64,000 nucleotides of DNA from Octopus bimaculoides (GCF_001194135.2 NC_068982.1:31049275-31113274); one strand, 5' to 3'. Positions 26,227-40,308 are shown, numbered from the stretch's first letter. Notes: generated from the sequence alone by a model not told the origin. Numbers and translations: made by a program.

Positions 26227-28809
26227 TGTGAGTGTGTTTTGTGTGTGTGAATGTATATTACTATTTTATTTGTAATCTGTAGATATTACCAACTTCTTAT
26301 ATGACCAAAATTTTCCTGCATGGCATTACCAAGCGACAGATGAAAGGTAATCCTAGTTTCATAAGAACTATGAATGTATCAATTCTTAAGTCACTATGTG
26401 TCATTTTCACAAATGTACCCCACCACACACACACATGCAGTACCATTGGCTAGCTGAGAAAATCAGCATAATAACACTAAATCCAATGAGAATACAGGAT
26501 TTATGCCTGGGCAAATTTAAGTCTGAACGGGACGCTCTACAAGCCCGTCTAATTACTGTCGCATGCGAGCCTGAAACTTAATGTAATTCCCGAGTAATTG
26601 CTGCATTCGATGTGTTTGTGCGAGCGTGTATGTATACATTCATTGATTATATGTGCATATACTGTGCGTAAGTGTTTGTTTGTATCTGTAAATAGTTTTA
26701 AAATCTTTAGTGCAAAAATATTTGTAATAATTTTCTAAAATGTTTCCTGAATTTAGAAATTTGATATGTTGTGGGAACGTTGGCCAATATTATCTTAACC
26801 TTTCACGTATTTACCCATTCCCCAACATTAAATGCTTTCAGTGTAAAATAACAGTATTTATTTGAAACAAGAAACAGAAACATTACTCATGACAATAAAA
26901 GCATGGAAACAGAAGTGTCTCAAATGAAGATGAAGACAAAATTGTCCTAATTTTTTTACAATATAAGGTTAAAGCTGGAAAGTATGTCAAAAATGTGTGG
27001 CAATATTGCTGAAATATATTTGGAAGCATTTGAAAATTTCTCGGTTGAAAAAGAGTAAGCCATTGGATAAGGAAGTTTCCAGGCGTTAAATATAATTTTT
27101 TGCTTTTTTTTTTTGTCTGGTTAATTGTTTCTCTTTATGCAGTTTAGATGAAAGGGTAATCAGATCATACTTAGGATGGACGGAGCGTATCGGGTATTTT
27201 ATGTTTTGCCGTGCTTTGTGAGATTTACAGTGGTTGATGAGATTGTATGCTTGTTAAAGTTTATATGTGAGTATCTTATTATTACAGCAGAGTTAATGCT
27301 TCTAATAATTGTGTTGTTTTGGTCTCGGGTGGATACGGGTGCCTATGAAAGCTTGCTATTTCTCTAATTTTTCTTTGCTTTATTCTTCTCCTTGCTTGTT
27401 TCTTTGATCTTGCAATGTTCTGTGTTATTTTACTTTGTTTTTGTTGAGTGTGCTGTTGGAACAGAATATTTAACATTATTCCTAAGTTACATTTGTTTAG
27501 GCTTTGTGATGGTTTGATATTATCACTTGGGACGTGATTCTTAGATGTGTCTATAATTGATTTATCGGCACTATGTGTAGAGTGCTATCTAAAGTATTGA
27601 TTTACTGTGTTTAGGTGATCAAATTTGGCTTATGTTGCTTTTGGTTTTCACACTGTTTGTAGTAGTTATGTTTTTGGTTATTTTTTTCATAGATGTCGAC
27701 TGTATTTTCTTTGGCCATTGATGGCATTCGTAATGTTAAAATTACGTTATTGTTAGTCGTTAGTTTGTATTTCACTTTAGTGGCTACGTTTGTTTTGATG
27801 ATAGCATTGACTGTAATTGATGGTTATAAACGTACAGTTGTTGTTGTTTTTATTGTGATGATAATTATGATAATGGTGTACACTGTCATCATTTACACTT
27901 TTGTTGCATCATAATAGATATCATCTTACATATAATGAAATCTCCATTATGTTATGATTTCAATTCATGTCTCGCACTCTGAATCGTGATATATCAGCAA
28001 ATTGTTCTCTAGACTTATTATAGAGGAGGGATAGATATGAACTCAATGTTTTCCTCACACACATTAAGCGTTGCTGTATCTTTTGTATAAATCTACTGCC
28101 CCCTGTTAGTTTTAATTTAAGACATTCTTCCACCGATTTAATTCCTATCGCTTACTAATGTACATTTCGGGAATATATATGTATGTATGCAGGCATACAT
28201 ATATATATATTGTGTGTGTGTGTGTGTGGGGTGTGAATAAGCCTTCGAATACACACTCATTTATATCAAATTATTTTATTTACTAAAATAAGCCTGAAAC
28301 CATGGTCCAGGAATTAGATGGTAAATGTTTTTCTTTTTCATTCCCTTCGAAGTTTTATCCCTGATAGTGGTTTGGAACTCAGCTGTTCTTTCTAGCGTGC
28401 AAGGAATCCTACGATGGATACCTCTTATGTGCTTAAATGCACACTGTATTTATATGAATAATATATAGTCTATTGACTAAATTTTACACGCTAGGCCACT
28501 GGTAAAAGAAATTTCTAATATTTCTTATTACCCTTAATATATATATANNNNNNNNNNNNNNNNNNNNNNNNNNNNNNNNNNNNNNNNNNNNNNNNNNNNN
28601 NNNNNNNNNNNNNNNNNNNNNNNNNNNNNNNNNNNNNNNNNNNNNNNNNNNNNNNNNNNNNNNNNNNNNNNNNNNNNNNNNNNNNNNNNNNNNNNNNNNN
28701 NNNNNNNNNATTTTGCGATTAAGAGATATCAGTTAGCCATTGGTTTTTGAATGTATACTTGTATACACATCTATATATGCATACATACCTATATGTACAC
28801 GCACACGCG

Positions 28810-28868
<59 letters not shown>

Positions 28869-30243
28869 CATATCTAGGTAATCATATTTCACACAGAGTA
28901 GGTTTGTCGATGTTGTATCCATCAAATTCCTTTGCGACTAAAGGAGTCTGAACCTCAGGCGTTTGAGATTGTTACTATCAAGTTGTGTTCTAACATTCTA
29001 TTCGGTAATATTCATTGTTTTCTTAGCTCCTATCTTACATTTCACTGGCTGCTCGATCGGAAGTGAAACACCGCAGACCTTGTTTACCTCTTTCGCTGCA
29101 CACACATATGGTCACCGCACACCTCTAAAACGGAGTTTTGTAAAATTGCAGCCATGTATGTAACCTCGGAATCAACCACATCAACCTGATGAGAAATTAA
29201 ATAGCAACGCCATATTAATACTTTCCGAGTATTAGATAACTGCATGAAAACTTTCAAAATAATACCCTAATATCCAACCTTTCTCCAAATAACATATCCT
29301 TTTGGTAACAAAAGAAAGCTATATTGAAACAAACATGACCACACACTCTAAATTTGTACTTAGTATCACCAGAACATAAAATTTAGCTCTGCTGCTTATA
29401 GTACAATAAGCAAAAATGTGAAAGATCTATTTTGTCAACTAAAACAGAATTAAACTGTAACGGCCTCGTTATTTTAGAAGAAAACAAGGTCATCTTTCTC
29501 TCTAAATGTAAACGTAGACCAATCACTTCACCCACATTGGTAGCGGGAAAGATAGACAGTGCATTCTTATTCATCAAATGTGAACCTTTGTTCATTGATC
29601 CTCAGGAAAGATTTATTTTCATTTTTGACGATTATTCATTACAATTTAAGATCTCACGATAAGGACAATAACACAGAGAAATTACTTTTTAACTGATTTC
29701 TAGTATGTTGAAAAGGTCGACTACTTGCTTGACGTCACTCCTTAGCTAGTACTATAAGTATGATGTGGTTAATCTCGTAGTATTGTTTAATTTTAGTGCC
29801 TCAAGTAGCACACTACCCCTATTTTTCCGGATAGCACAGTGAGGATGGTTTGATAATGCCATATAAATTATGAACTACAAGGCAATGGATGAAATTTTGA
29901 AATTATTGAATATTAATACATTAACCTTTAGTCACGGTCGTAAAGTTTCAGGAAATCAAAAAGTTTATTCGACGCGATTTCAAGCGTAATGGAGTATATT
30001 ACTTGTCATATGTGCATACATAAATATAGATATGTACTGAAAGCCAGACAAGCACACAATCACACACCTGTATTGAAGATATAATCAAAAGCAGGAACAC
30101 GTACCAACCTCCAGATTTGTGTGGTCTATGTATATGTATGCAAGTATGTATATTCATATCTATATCAATATCTCCATCCATCCATCCATCCATCCATCTG
30201 TGCGTGCGTGAGTCCGTCCGTCCGTCCGTCCGTCCGTCCGTCC

Positions 30244-30281
<38 letters not shown>

Positions 30282-30309
30282 ATCTATCTATCTATCTATC
30301 TAAGTAGTG

Positions 30310-30402
30310 TGAGTGCATTTACAGGGACGTAAAAGCACGAACACTAGTTGTTAAGTAGAAGTGAGAGACAAAAACAGACCCATACATACACACACACAGG
30401 CA

Positions 30403-30453
<51 letters not shown>

Positions 30454-30612
30454 ACACACTTATACGACGGGTTTCTTTCAGTTTGCGTCAGCCAGATCCA
30501 CTCACGTGGACCGGTGTTATAGAAGAGGACACCTAGCCAAGGTGCCACGCGGTGCGACTAAAACTGGAAGCACGGGGTTGGGAATGAAGCCTCTTACCAC
30601 ACAGCCACGTCA
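30310..30612 (-). mobile_element. SINE family A, diverged
   Basis: GGGACGTAAA...ACGACGGGTTTCTTTCAGTTTGCGTC...GACACCTAGCCAAGGTGCCACGC...CTTACCACACAGCCAC matches 40355-40776. Confidence 0.8.
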
Positions 30613-32236
30613 CCGCTTATCGATATATACATATATATATATATTCACTACAAAAAGTTNNNNNNNNNNNNNNNNNNNNNNNNNNNNNNNNNNNNNNNNN
30701 NNNNNNNNNNNNNNNNNNNNNNNNNNNNNNNNNNNNNNNNNNNNNNNNNNNNNNNNNNNNNNNNNNNNNNNNNNNNNNNNNNNNNNNNNNNNNNNNNNNN
30801 NNNNNNNNNNNNNNNNNNNNNNNNNNNNNNNNNNNNNNNNNNNNNNNNNNNNNNNNNNNNNNNNNNNNNNNNNNNNNNNNNNNNNNNNNNNNNNNNNNNN
30901 NNNNNNNNNNNNNNNNNNNNNNNNNNNNNNNNNNNNNNNNNNNNNNNNNNNNNNNNNNNNNNNNNNNNNNNNNNNNNNNNNNNNNNNNNNNNNNNNNNNN
31001 NNNNNNNNNNNNNNNNNNNNNNNNNNNNNNNNNNNNNNNNNNNNNNNNNNNNNNNNNNNNNNNNNNNNNNNNNNNNNNNNNNNNNNNNNNNNNNNNNNNN
31101 NNNNNNNNNNNNNNNNNNNNNNNNNNNNNNNNNNNNNNNNNNNNNNNNNNNNNNNNNNNNNNNNNNNNNNNNNNNNNNNNNNNNNNNNNNNNNNNNNNNN
31201 NNNNNNNNNNNNNNNNNNNNNNNNNNNNNNNNNNNNNNNNNNNNNNNNNNNNNNNNNNNNNNNNNNNNNNNNNNNNNNNNNNNNNNNNNNNNNNNNNNNN
31301 NNNNNNNNNNNNNNNNNNNNNNNNNNNNNNNNNNNNNNNNNNNNNNNNNNNNNNNNNNNNNNNNNNNNNNNNNNNNNNNNNNNNNNNNNNNNNNNNNNNN
31401 NNNNNNNNNNNNNNNNNNNNNNNNNNNNNNNNNNNNNNNNNNNNNNNNNNNNNATATATATATATATACATGTACATATATATATATACATACCTACCTA
31501 CATACATACATACATACATACATACATAAATATATATATATATATATATATAGACACCGAGAGAGAGAGAGAGAGAGATAGATAGATAGATACATGCATA
31601 CATACACGAAATGTTTTAATAGAATATCAGTCTAGCAAGAAAAGCAAACAAGAAACAAACATTCAGAAAACTCGTTCCCACCAACCACAAGTAATATTGT
31701 AACCAGGGTAATTATGACTGTCTCTAGCGTTGGCATATTTAATAAGGGTGTTATCTGTTTTATAGCTGTGTTAGCAATCATCAAATCTACAGAGATGTGT
31801 ATATAAATGAAGAATTCTTCATTCTTTCCTAAGTATAATATCATAAGGATGACAACGTTGCTTCATTGGACATGAAATTCGGACGCTATAAATGAAATAA
31901 CTAGGGATTTCCTAAGAGACCACAGAGTACAATATAATTTTCAACAGAATGTTGAAGAAAGCTATTCTTGTCCTTACAATAATTATTGGTTAGTTCGCAC
32001 GTTAAAGGTGGAAACACCTAAGCAACAAAGAGATTCTCCATTCCACCTGCCAACTACTAACTATTAGAATCTCTTAATTTATTAATTCAATGAATTTATA
32101 GAAGACTCACGTTTACCAAATATCAAAGCAGCGAGTGATGTTTTTTTAATTGGCGGATATGGGTTGTATTCATTTTTGTCTTCTGGACTATTTCAAACTG
32201 CTAGATCTCCAAACTTACTGACACAATTTTCTAGAC

Positions 32237-32478
32237 AGCGTGACTCGAGGAGATATTGATAAATCGGGTATAGCTGATCATGTATGGAAAAGTGGAGACC
32301 ACCTCCCCCTGTAGGATGAAGTTAAAATAATAGACAGAGAACATCAATGGAAAATACGAAATCTAAAATGAGCAGCACATATGCTAGGACGCAACAACCT
32401 CCTAAGCAGACTAGTGCAGATTTGAATAACATATGGGAACCAGTATTAAGGAATGATAGGAAAATATTAGGTTTATAA
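32237..32478 (+). mobile_element. Penelope-like element GIY-YIG endonuclease C-terminal remnant
   Basis: Translates SVTRGDIDKSGIADHVWKSGDHLPL*DEVKIIDREHQWKIRNLK*AAHM...(frameshift)SADLNNIWEPVLRNDRKILGL*. This matches the PLE SxIAxHxW...WDxVxIIDxE...R..KEA pattern. Confidence 0.8.
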
Positions 32479-32499
32479 GCCATAAAATTCACTCCATAA

Positions 32500-32680
32500 T
32501 TGCCCGCGGGCATATGGTGTAGTGGTTAAGAGCGCAGGCTACTAACTACAAGATTCCGAGGTTAGTAATAATAATAAAAAACATGGAACAATACCTTAGG
32601 AATGAGAAGGAATGAAAGGAACAGCAAACGAGATGAGGACAAATATCCGTCAAATGTAAATAATATAAATATTTGTATGT
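32500..32680 (+). mobile_element. 3' module of the same Penelope-like element: tRNA-like head plus terminal repeat, with the ribozyme segment deleted
   Basis: TGCCCGCGGGCATATGGTGTAGTGGTTAAGAGCGC...AATACCTTAGGAATGAGAA...GATGAGGACAAATATCCG aligns to 48123-48370 but lacks ~48257-48330. Confidence 0.8.
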
Positions 32681-35600
32681 GTTATACAAAATATAGTATT
32701 GAGAAAATAAAATAATATGAAAGTGGAGAAAATGATCTGTTGCTAATGCGTCATAAGGTTTTGCCACAGTGTAAATATTGATGCGCATACTGGAAAGAAA
32801 ACAATAACTTTTAAGTAGGTTTATTTTAATTTTAAAAGTGAATAAGCCTAGAATTCCCAGAATACATCATACAGTCATGAATCATACTTAAGAGTAATCT
32901 TCTTTTACTAATGTCTTTCGTTTTCAGACTTTGAATTTAGTTTTATAAACTATTTTAAGCATTCATTATTTATTCTAAATTTTATCAATTTTCAGATCAC
33001 TTGAGACCTTTGGTGTGTATTGGAAGGGTTTGATTGATTGCAATTAATTGCTAATAATATGTTGAAAAAAATGCTGTGAGAGAGAAAACTATATAGAGGG
33101 AAAAGTACAAATAGAAAAAGACTTAGAGGTGATAAGGTGAAAATTTGAAAGGGTGACATAATGGAAACAATAGAGATTAGATGTTATAAAAAGAAGTTAA
33201 TGGCTTGTATATATGTCTGGTTAGAAGATGCATGGTTTCATTGCTGTTGTGTGATTAAGGAATTAAAATCTGAAGTATATGTTGTTCAGGGTTTTTATGT
33301 CAAGATAAAACACAAATAGTCACATCCTCTTACAATTTAATGCAAGAAACCTTTTACATATGTCTGTATTGGTTAAAATATAACTACTAGAATTTTTTGT
33401 TCACCAGAACAAAGCTCGGCGGGTTTTCGTTTGACTAGCAAATAAGTTCCACTTAAAATTGAACAGAAGATGGAAGGCAAAAGAAGACATTTATGAAACC
33501 TATGTAAGCTGGCATAAAAAAAAAAAACTTTGTAAGCAGTAGAAATTTTGCTATCATGTTGTATTGTTCGAAAAGAAAATATTTAGGACGACGATAGAAC
33601 CATAATGACAAATATAGTGGAATATTATAATATTGACTTTCATATCTATACATATGTACATAAAATGAAATAATAACATTACAATCATTATGAGACCTAA
33701 GCTTCGTGAACATTCCTAGTCATGTTTATTTCTAGTTGAACAAAGGCACAAAGGCTAACACATGTACTAAAGGGAACGATGAATACAGATCAACAAAGAC
33801 AAATTTTCTCACATTAAAATATCCTGTGGATGACTTCAGCGTGTAGCTATATATATTCTATCTAGCACAAAGCCCTCGACTATAACAAGAAGTTGGCATT
33901 CTAAAACCCATTGACCACAACAACTTTATTCAGGTCAGGAGAATAAACTGCCATCAACTCCATTAAAACTGTCTGCAAGGTTGTTTGATTCTTAAAGTAT
34001 AAAAGTATGATCTATGAATAGAAAATATCAATAAAAACATCATGGCAGGAAGTTTGCGTAGCCATCATTGAAAGAAAGCAATTTTTTTTCTCATATATAT
34101 TACTGAGCTCTTATCTTGGATCAAGAACTGACTAAGGAAGTGTTACAGGCATTCACAAATCTCCATAGGCTATAAAATGTGGATACCGTTTTTAATAAAA
34201 TGCTGTCAATTCAGGCTGTTGAGAGACTATTGGGTAAAAGGAAAATAAAAAGAAGGGAAAATGCGAGACGCTCATAATTCATGAATATATTACTAACATC
34301 CATTCTGTTTGTTTTCTCCTATAAACAGTTTTTTATTAGATAACATGTTTAAAATAACTAAAGTAAAACGAAAATGGTATTGAATATTATTTCAATACGT
34401 TGCCAAAAGTAATGAAAGAGGAAAACTGGGATGATAGATAAAGAAAGGTTGAAGAGGTAAAAACAAAAAGACAAAAATGGAGAACATCATCACATCGCAG
34501 CGTAAATAATTTATAAGCATCTTAAAATGTAATGATTATGTTACTTGTGGGATTATGGCACAGAAACCAATTTGAATAAGTTTGGGGTGTAACAAAGTTC
34601 AAGAACCTTGTTTCATTATTTTGTTCATTTTACTATCGTTGCCGCTCTCTGGAAGGTAATTGGTGACCTTATTCCTGAACTAAACAGACTAACATTTGTC
34701 CGCTGGGAAAATTTATAAACTGGTGAATCACACTTAACAAGACAGACTAGACGTAGTCAATTAACATTATAGCACATTATCCGCATTACCCAAGAGGTTA
34801 TATGACATCAAAACTACGAGAACTTGGGAAATAAAGGACTGATCTCGAAAATACCTAAACATATGTTACACGAATATTCTATAGTAAAAAACACCATTTA
34901 TATAATGACCATTTTGTAAAAAACAAAATCCAAAAAGGAAAAACCACGTTAATGTAAATATATATTTATATATTAGCCTCAGGATTGATACTTAATTAGG
35001 TTTGAGTTACGCATGCAAAATTAGTAAACATATATTGTCATACCACACTGCCTTTAGAATATAGAAAAGAAAGCATAACAATTGTTACCTTGTTAAGTTA
35101 TATTGTTGCACTGATGTGAAACTATTCGGAGAAGTGAATTTGTCAAATAAAAAGTGTATGTATTAACATTACCGCATCTGCTGATGCTTCTAGTAATATT
35201 CTTTTCCTTTCTTTTCCTTCTCATCTTCTTCATAATCATCATCGTCGTCATTAAACATTTTACATTATTGTACTATATTTCTTTAACATACATCTCCTAC
35301 TATTGTTTATTTTTTAATAATTTTTCTAGTGATTATTTTATAAGAATACCGCACACATTTTACCAACATTTTATGAACACAAGCAAGTCACGTTTTATTC
35401 ATTAACTCCTAGAAGGCTTTCATTTCTATTCTTGCGTTGGAAGACAAAAATAATGACGGTAAATAAATGAATGAATAAATAAAATATCCTGTATGAAAAC
35501 GCACCACCTTCACCTGTTTTGTTTATTTGAGAGACTACTGGTTGAAAGGAGGAAAAGAGGGAATGAAAAAATACGAAATGCCGGTACTTCCTGAATGCAT

Positions 35601-36359
35601 TACTAACCCTCACAGTGCTTTGTTTTCTCCTGTAAACAGTTATCATTAGATAACATATTCGAAAGTAACTAAAAGAAGAAGAAAAATTGTATTCAAAATT
35701 GTAGAAATCTACTGTGAATTTTGTATCAAATGTCACGGTTATCATGAAGAAGCAGTTAATATGAAAAATAAATAATGATATTAATAATAAATTTCCCCAC
35801 AATATCAACGACAAAAAAGTGAAATATTAATAGATGTAAAAATTTTATACTCTACTATGCCACCAAGCCTCCAGCGTATATCAATGAATGTCGCATTGGA
35901 GTAAAACTGAAACAACGTTCTATCAGTTTTGATTTGTTTTCTGTTCTTTAAAAGATAGAAAAGAATAAGATACCCCTACAGTTAACTATACTTATATAGT
36001 CTAAACAACAGCAACAACAAAACCCATACTAGCAGTAGCAGCAGCCAACACCATCAACTAAAACAACAGCAACCACAAAAATGGCGCTAAGAATAAAGAG
36101 AACACCAAAAATGAAATCTAAATCAAAACAACAAAATAAAGAAAAGCAAAATGTAAGTACAAAAATAAAACAGGAAAACTAAGTTAAAGGTTTTATTGAA
36201 ATCTTGTTTACATGTATGGCAACGTGTTGAACTAAATTTATTCATGCATTTAGAATATGCTTTGAAGCTCAGATGTTACACTGTCGATCACATGACTGCA
36301 GCACAAAACGTGTAATCGTGGAATATTATTCATATTATTTTGGTTTATGAATTCTAGCA

Positions 36360-36720
36360 AATGATGATGATGATGATAATGATGATAATGATGATAATGA
36401 TGATGAGGAGGAGGAGGGGAGGAGGAGGAGNNNNNNNNNNNNNNNNNNNNNNNNNNNNNNNNNNNNNNGAGGAGAATGGGGAGGAGGAGGAGGAAGAGGA
36501 GAATGGGAAGGAGGGGAGGAGGGGGGAGGAAAAGGACGACGATGCTGACGATGACAACGATAACGAGCACAGTGGCGATAAATCTAATGGGGAATCTGGT
36601 GATGATGAATCTGATGATGATGATGGCGATGACGATGATTAGAAGGAGAAGAAGGGGAAGAAAAGTCGAATAAGTCTGGTCGTGATGAACCTGCTGATAA
36701 TGATGACGAAGTTAATGATG
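36360..36720. repeat. Degenerate (GAT)n/(GAG)n low-complexity tract
   Basis: Trinucleotide runs spanning a gap; the source of the spurious acidic ORFs. Confidence 0.85.
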
Positions 36721-37640
36721 ATGGCGTAGGTGGTGGCAGTGGTTGTGCTGCTGCTGAAAGCAACGCCTATGACAAGTAACAATGTTCAATGTAAAATTAT
36801 TTATGACAATTAGGGCCGTGACATCAGAGGTGACTGCGGCAAGAACAATGACCACAAAGAGCACAATAATAGGGATAACCATCGTGGACACAATAAACAC
36901 ATTGATGTCGATTTCAGCAATTACTGCCATAAAAATGGTTACAACAATGCCTATGACTTCTGGTCAAATAACTCCAATGACCACTATAAAAACATTAACC
37001 CTTTAATTGCGGAAATCAGATATATCAACTCAAAATTTCGTTACTGTTACAGGGAATTAGTAATAATGGTACACCTTTCCTGCGTGACGAGTGGAATGAA
37101 CCAGTCACTACATGTAAGGTGATGTCGGCCAGGATTGAGAGAGTACGTGTAGACAGTGTTGGTAGTCGTGTATGTGCTGATATAGTAATTATGCTGTGAA
37201 ACTGAGTGGACGTTATTACGATCCGACCTTTTCAGGATAATAACACCGTACAACTTGGGGTAGCACAGTGCCAGATAGAAAAATCCTATCGACGACTCTG
37301 GAATATAACAGTATCTATCAGAGCGACAACCATCGTACAACGACAGATATAACAGTAGCAAAAGGCCCTTCTATAACAGTGTCGACGAGGATAAATTAAT
37401 TTACATGGAGTCAATAGAAACTCGAAGAGGATTTAAACAGTTCACGAGAAATTGCTAAACTGGACGAGGATCAACCAATTCACGTGGAGTTAATAGAAAC
37501 TCGTAGAGGAGTCAACAAACACTTGAAGTTCTTGTATAAATTTTACTAAAAATCGTAAAATTATGGAAGATTTATTGGCCAGTTTGTTTGAGTTGCAAAA
37601 ACAGCAACAGTAGTTGAAAGAATAACAACAGCAGATACAA

Positions 37641-39200
37641 ATGCATCTGGGAAAAGACCTCTTAACAGAGAGCCAATGTGGATTCCGCAAGGATCGCAGT
37701 ACTATTAATATGGTGTTTGCTGCCAGGCAGCTCCAAGTAAAGTGCCAAGAACAAAACGTGGATCTATACTCCACTTATGTTGATCTGACCAAAGCCTTTG
37801 ACACTGTAAGCAGAGAAGGCCTCTTTCAGAATCATAGCAAAGTATGGGTGCCATAGAAAATTCATTGCCATCACACGCCAATTTCATGATGGAATCCTGG
37901 CCAGAGTAGAAGATAGTGGGGGAGACCTCTGACCCTTTTGAAGTCACAAATGGAGTGAAATAAGGGTGTGTTTTAGCTCCTACTCTGTTCAGCCTCATGT
38001 TCTCTGCAATGCTGACGGACGCCTTCGGAGACGCTGATGTGGGCATTAGAATCAGTTACGGATTTGATGGATCAGTTTTCAACCTCGGAGGCTACGAGCA
38101 AAATCCAAAGTTACAACAGACACTATCAATGATTTTCTGTTTGCTGATGACTGTGCCCTAAACGCTACCTCTGAGGCGGACATACAACGCAGTGCAGACA
38201 TATTCTCGGAAGCCTGTGACAACTTTGGTCTCACAATCAGTAACAAGAAGACCGAGGTGATGCACCAATCCGCTCCGGGAAAACCATATGTAGAACCCAA
38301 CATTTCCATCAACGGTCAAAGACTCAATGCGGTTGACAAATTCACCTACATTGGCAGTACGCTTTCCCGCAATATAGTCATTGACGGTGCGATCAACACC
38401 AGACTCGCCAAAGCAAGTGCTGCCTTCGGCAGACTCCATAGGAATGTATGGGACAGAAGAGGCATCACCTCCATGACAGAGATCAAGGTCTACAAAGCTG
38501 TCGTACTCACCACCCTACTCTATGGATGTGAGTCGTGGACCGTCTACCAACGCCACGTCAAAAAACTAAATCACTTCCACACCACCAGGCTGAGGAAACT
38601 ACTTGGCATAAGCTGGTAGGAAAGGATACCAGACACAGAAGTCCTCACTTGTGCTGGGCTCCTAAGCATCCCTACCATCCTGATGAAAACTCAGCTTCAC
38701 TGGGCTGGTCATGTAGCCCGCATGTCAGACTACAGAATACCCAAGAAGCGTCTGTTTGGTGAGCTCCAGCACGGCAAGCGCTCCCAGCGCGGCCACAGGA
38801 AACGGTTTAAAGACAGCCTAAAGGTATCATTGAATGCCTTCAATATTGACACGTCATCATGGGAGCAGACAGCTTTAGATAGGACCAAGTGGCGGGCCGC
38901 TATTCACAACGGTGCCCGCCAATATGAAAGTGACAGGAAAACTGCTGCNNNNNNNNNNCACCGGTGCCCGCCAATATGAAAGTGACAGGAAAACTGCTGC
39001 AGAGAAGCGCAGGCAGAACAGAAAGAACAATGCTTTGAAGCCCCCGGCACTTGCTACCATTCTCTGTCCCTACTACAACAGATCTTTCCAAGCGCGGATT
39101 GGGCTTATCAGCCATCTCCGCACTCACCGATGATGACCTCTTCACTACCACCCCTCTAGGATGATCAGATGGTCCTCGTCATTCCGACGTGCGAACAGCA
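37641..39200 (+). mobile_element. 5'-truncated RTE-clade (BovB-like) LINE: RT domain to 3' UTR, disabled
   Basis: Motifs ESQCGFR, YVDLTKAFDTVSR, GVK*GCVLAPTLF, LFADDC (38140), FGLTISNKKT, LLYGCESW and WAGHVARM, with the C-terminal finger CPYYNRSF...SHLRTH. There are several stops and frameshifts. The 3' hairpin is CGTCATTCCGACG. Confidence 0.95.
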
Positions 39201-39400
39201 ACGTGTGTCTTTGTGTTTGTCCCCAGCCACCACTTGACGACTGGTGTTTGCTTACGACCCAGTTGCGATTTTGTAAAAAGAGAACGATATCAGAAGCGTA
39301 GAAAAGATTTAAATAATTACTCGTGGCCATTTGTTCGACTAAACCCTTTAAGGTAATACTCATACATAGTCGCGGTCAGATGACTGGAACAACTAAAAGA
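39200..39400 (+). mobile_element. SINE family A tail, diverged
   Basis: TGTGTTTGTCCCC...CTTGACGACTGGTG...ATTTGTTCGACTAAACCCTTTAAGG...GGTCAGATGACTGGAAC. Confidence 0.6.
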
Positions 39401-39699
39401 TAAAAGGTAAAATAACCATTAAAACTACAATGACCGTTCTGAACAAAATTTCCACCACAATCGCAATGGCAACAATGACCATAATAGCTATAATAAACCC
39501 AATGGCCACTATAGACTTAATAACCACAATGAAAACAAATACATTACGCACAAAGAACAGAAAATGACCACCATTAACATGACAATCATAATTGTCACTA
39601 CGAAGACAACGACTGCAATAGGCACAGCAACTACAATGAATATAATGACAACGCTGAACATCATTCTTAGAAATTTTGGCACAAGGCCAGCTCTTTTGA

Positions 39700-39810
39700 A
39701 GATAATGGGCAAGTCGATTACATAGTCCGCAGTACTCGATCGGTATTATATTATATTTTGTCGACTCAAAAACTACAGAAGGCAATGTCGACACCGGCTG
39801 AATTTGAACT
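39700..39810 (-). mobile_element. SINE family B fragment
   Basis: GAAGGCAATGTCGACACCGGCTGAATTTGAACTC is the reverse complement of the family B head and central domain. Confidence 0.6.
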
Positions 39811-40277
39811 CAATACGTATACTGTCGGCAGACATACAGTAAAGTATTTCTTCCTCGACACTTTAACAATTGTGCTAACTCGCAATGATGATAATTATAA
39901 AACAATGTGTATAATGACAATGGCTGTCCAAACAATAACAAAGGCCATTATTCTCACAGTGACTATCATAAGTAAGATGACACAAAAGCTACAGTAATCG
40001 CGATAACAGCCATAGACGCAGTGGTAATGATGAACGCAATGGCTAAGGTGATAACAATCATACATTAATTCACCATAATTATGAATTTGACATTTTCAAT
40101 ATTGTGTGTTTCTCGGCAAGAAACGAATCAATATATTTCAACTATGTATGTTATGTTTAAATAGACGTAAATATATTTTCTGTCCTTGAACGTATTACAT
40201 ACGCAGACAACTTTTTGTGTCTATCTATACCAGAAAGAGCTGGATAAATGTGTATACCACACACACACACATACACG

Positions 40278-40308
<31 letters not shown>

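Noticed and set aside
29040-29150. Minus-strand mini-exon EVCGDHMC resembling a nuclear-receptor zinc finger start
   Set aside because: It lacks the preceding Cys and the following HYG...CEGC pattern.
38913-38999. Duplicated RTE segment around a 10-N gap (similar cases at 5360-5480 and 40659-40745)
   Set aside because: Identical sequence on both sides of a short gap is a typical contig-overlap scaffolding artefact.
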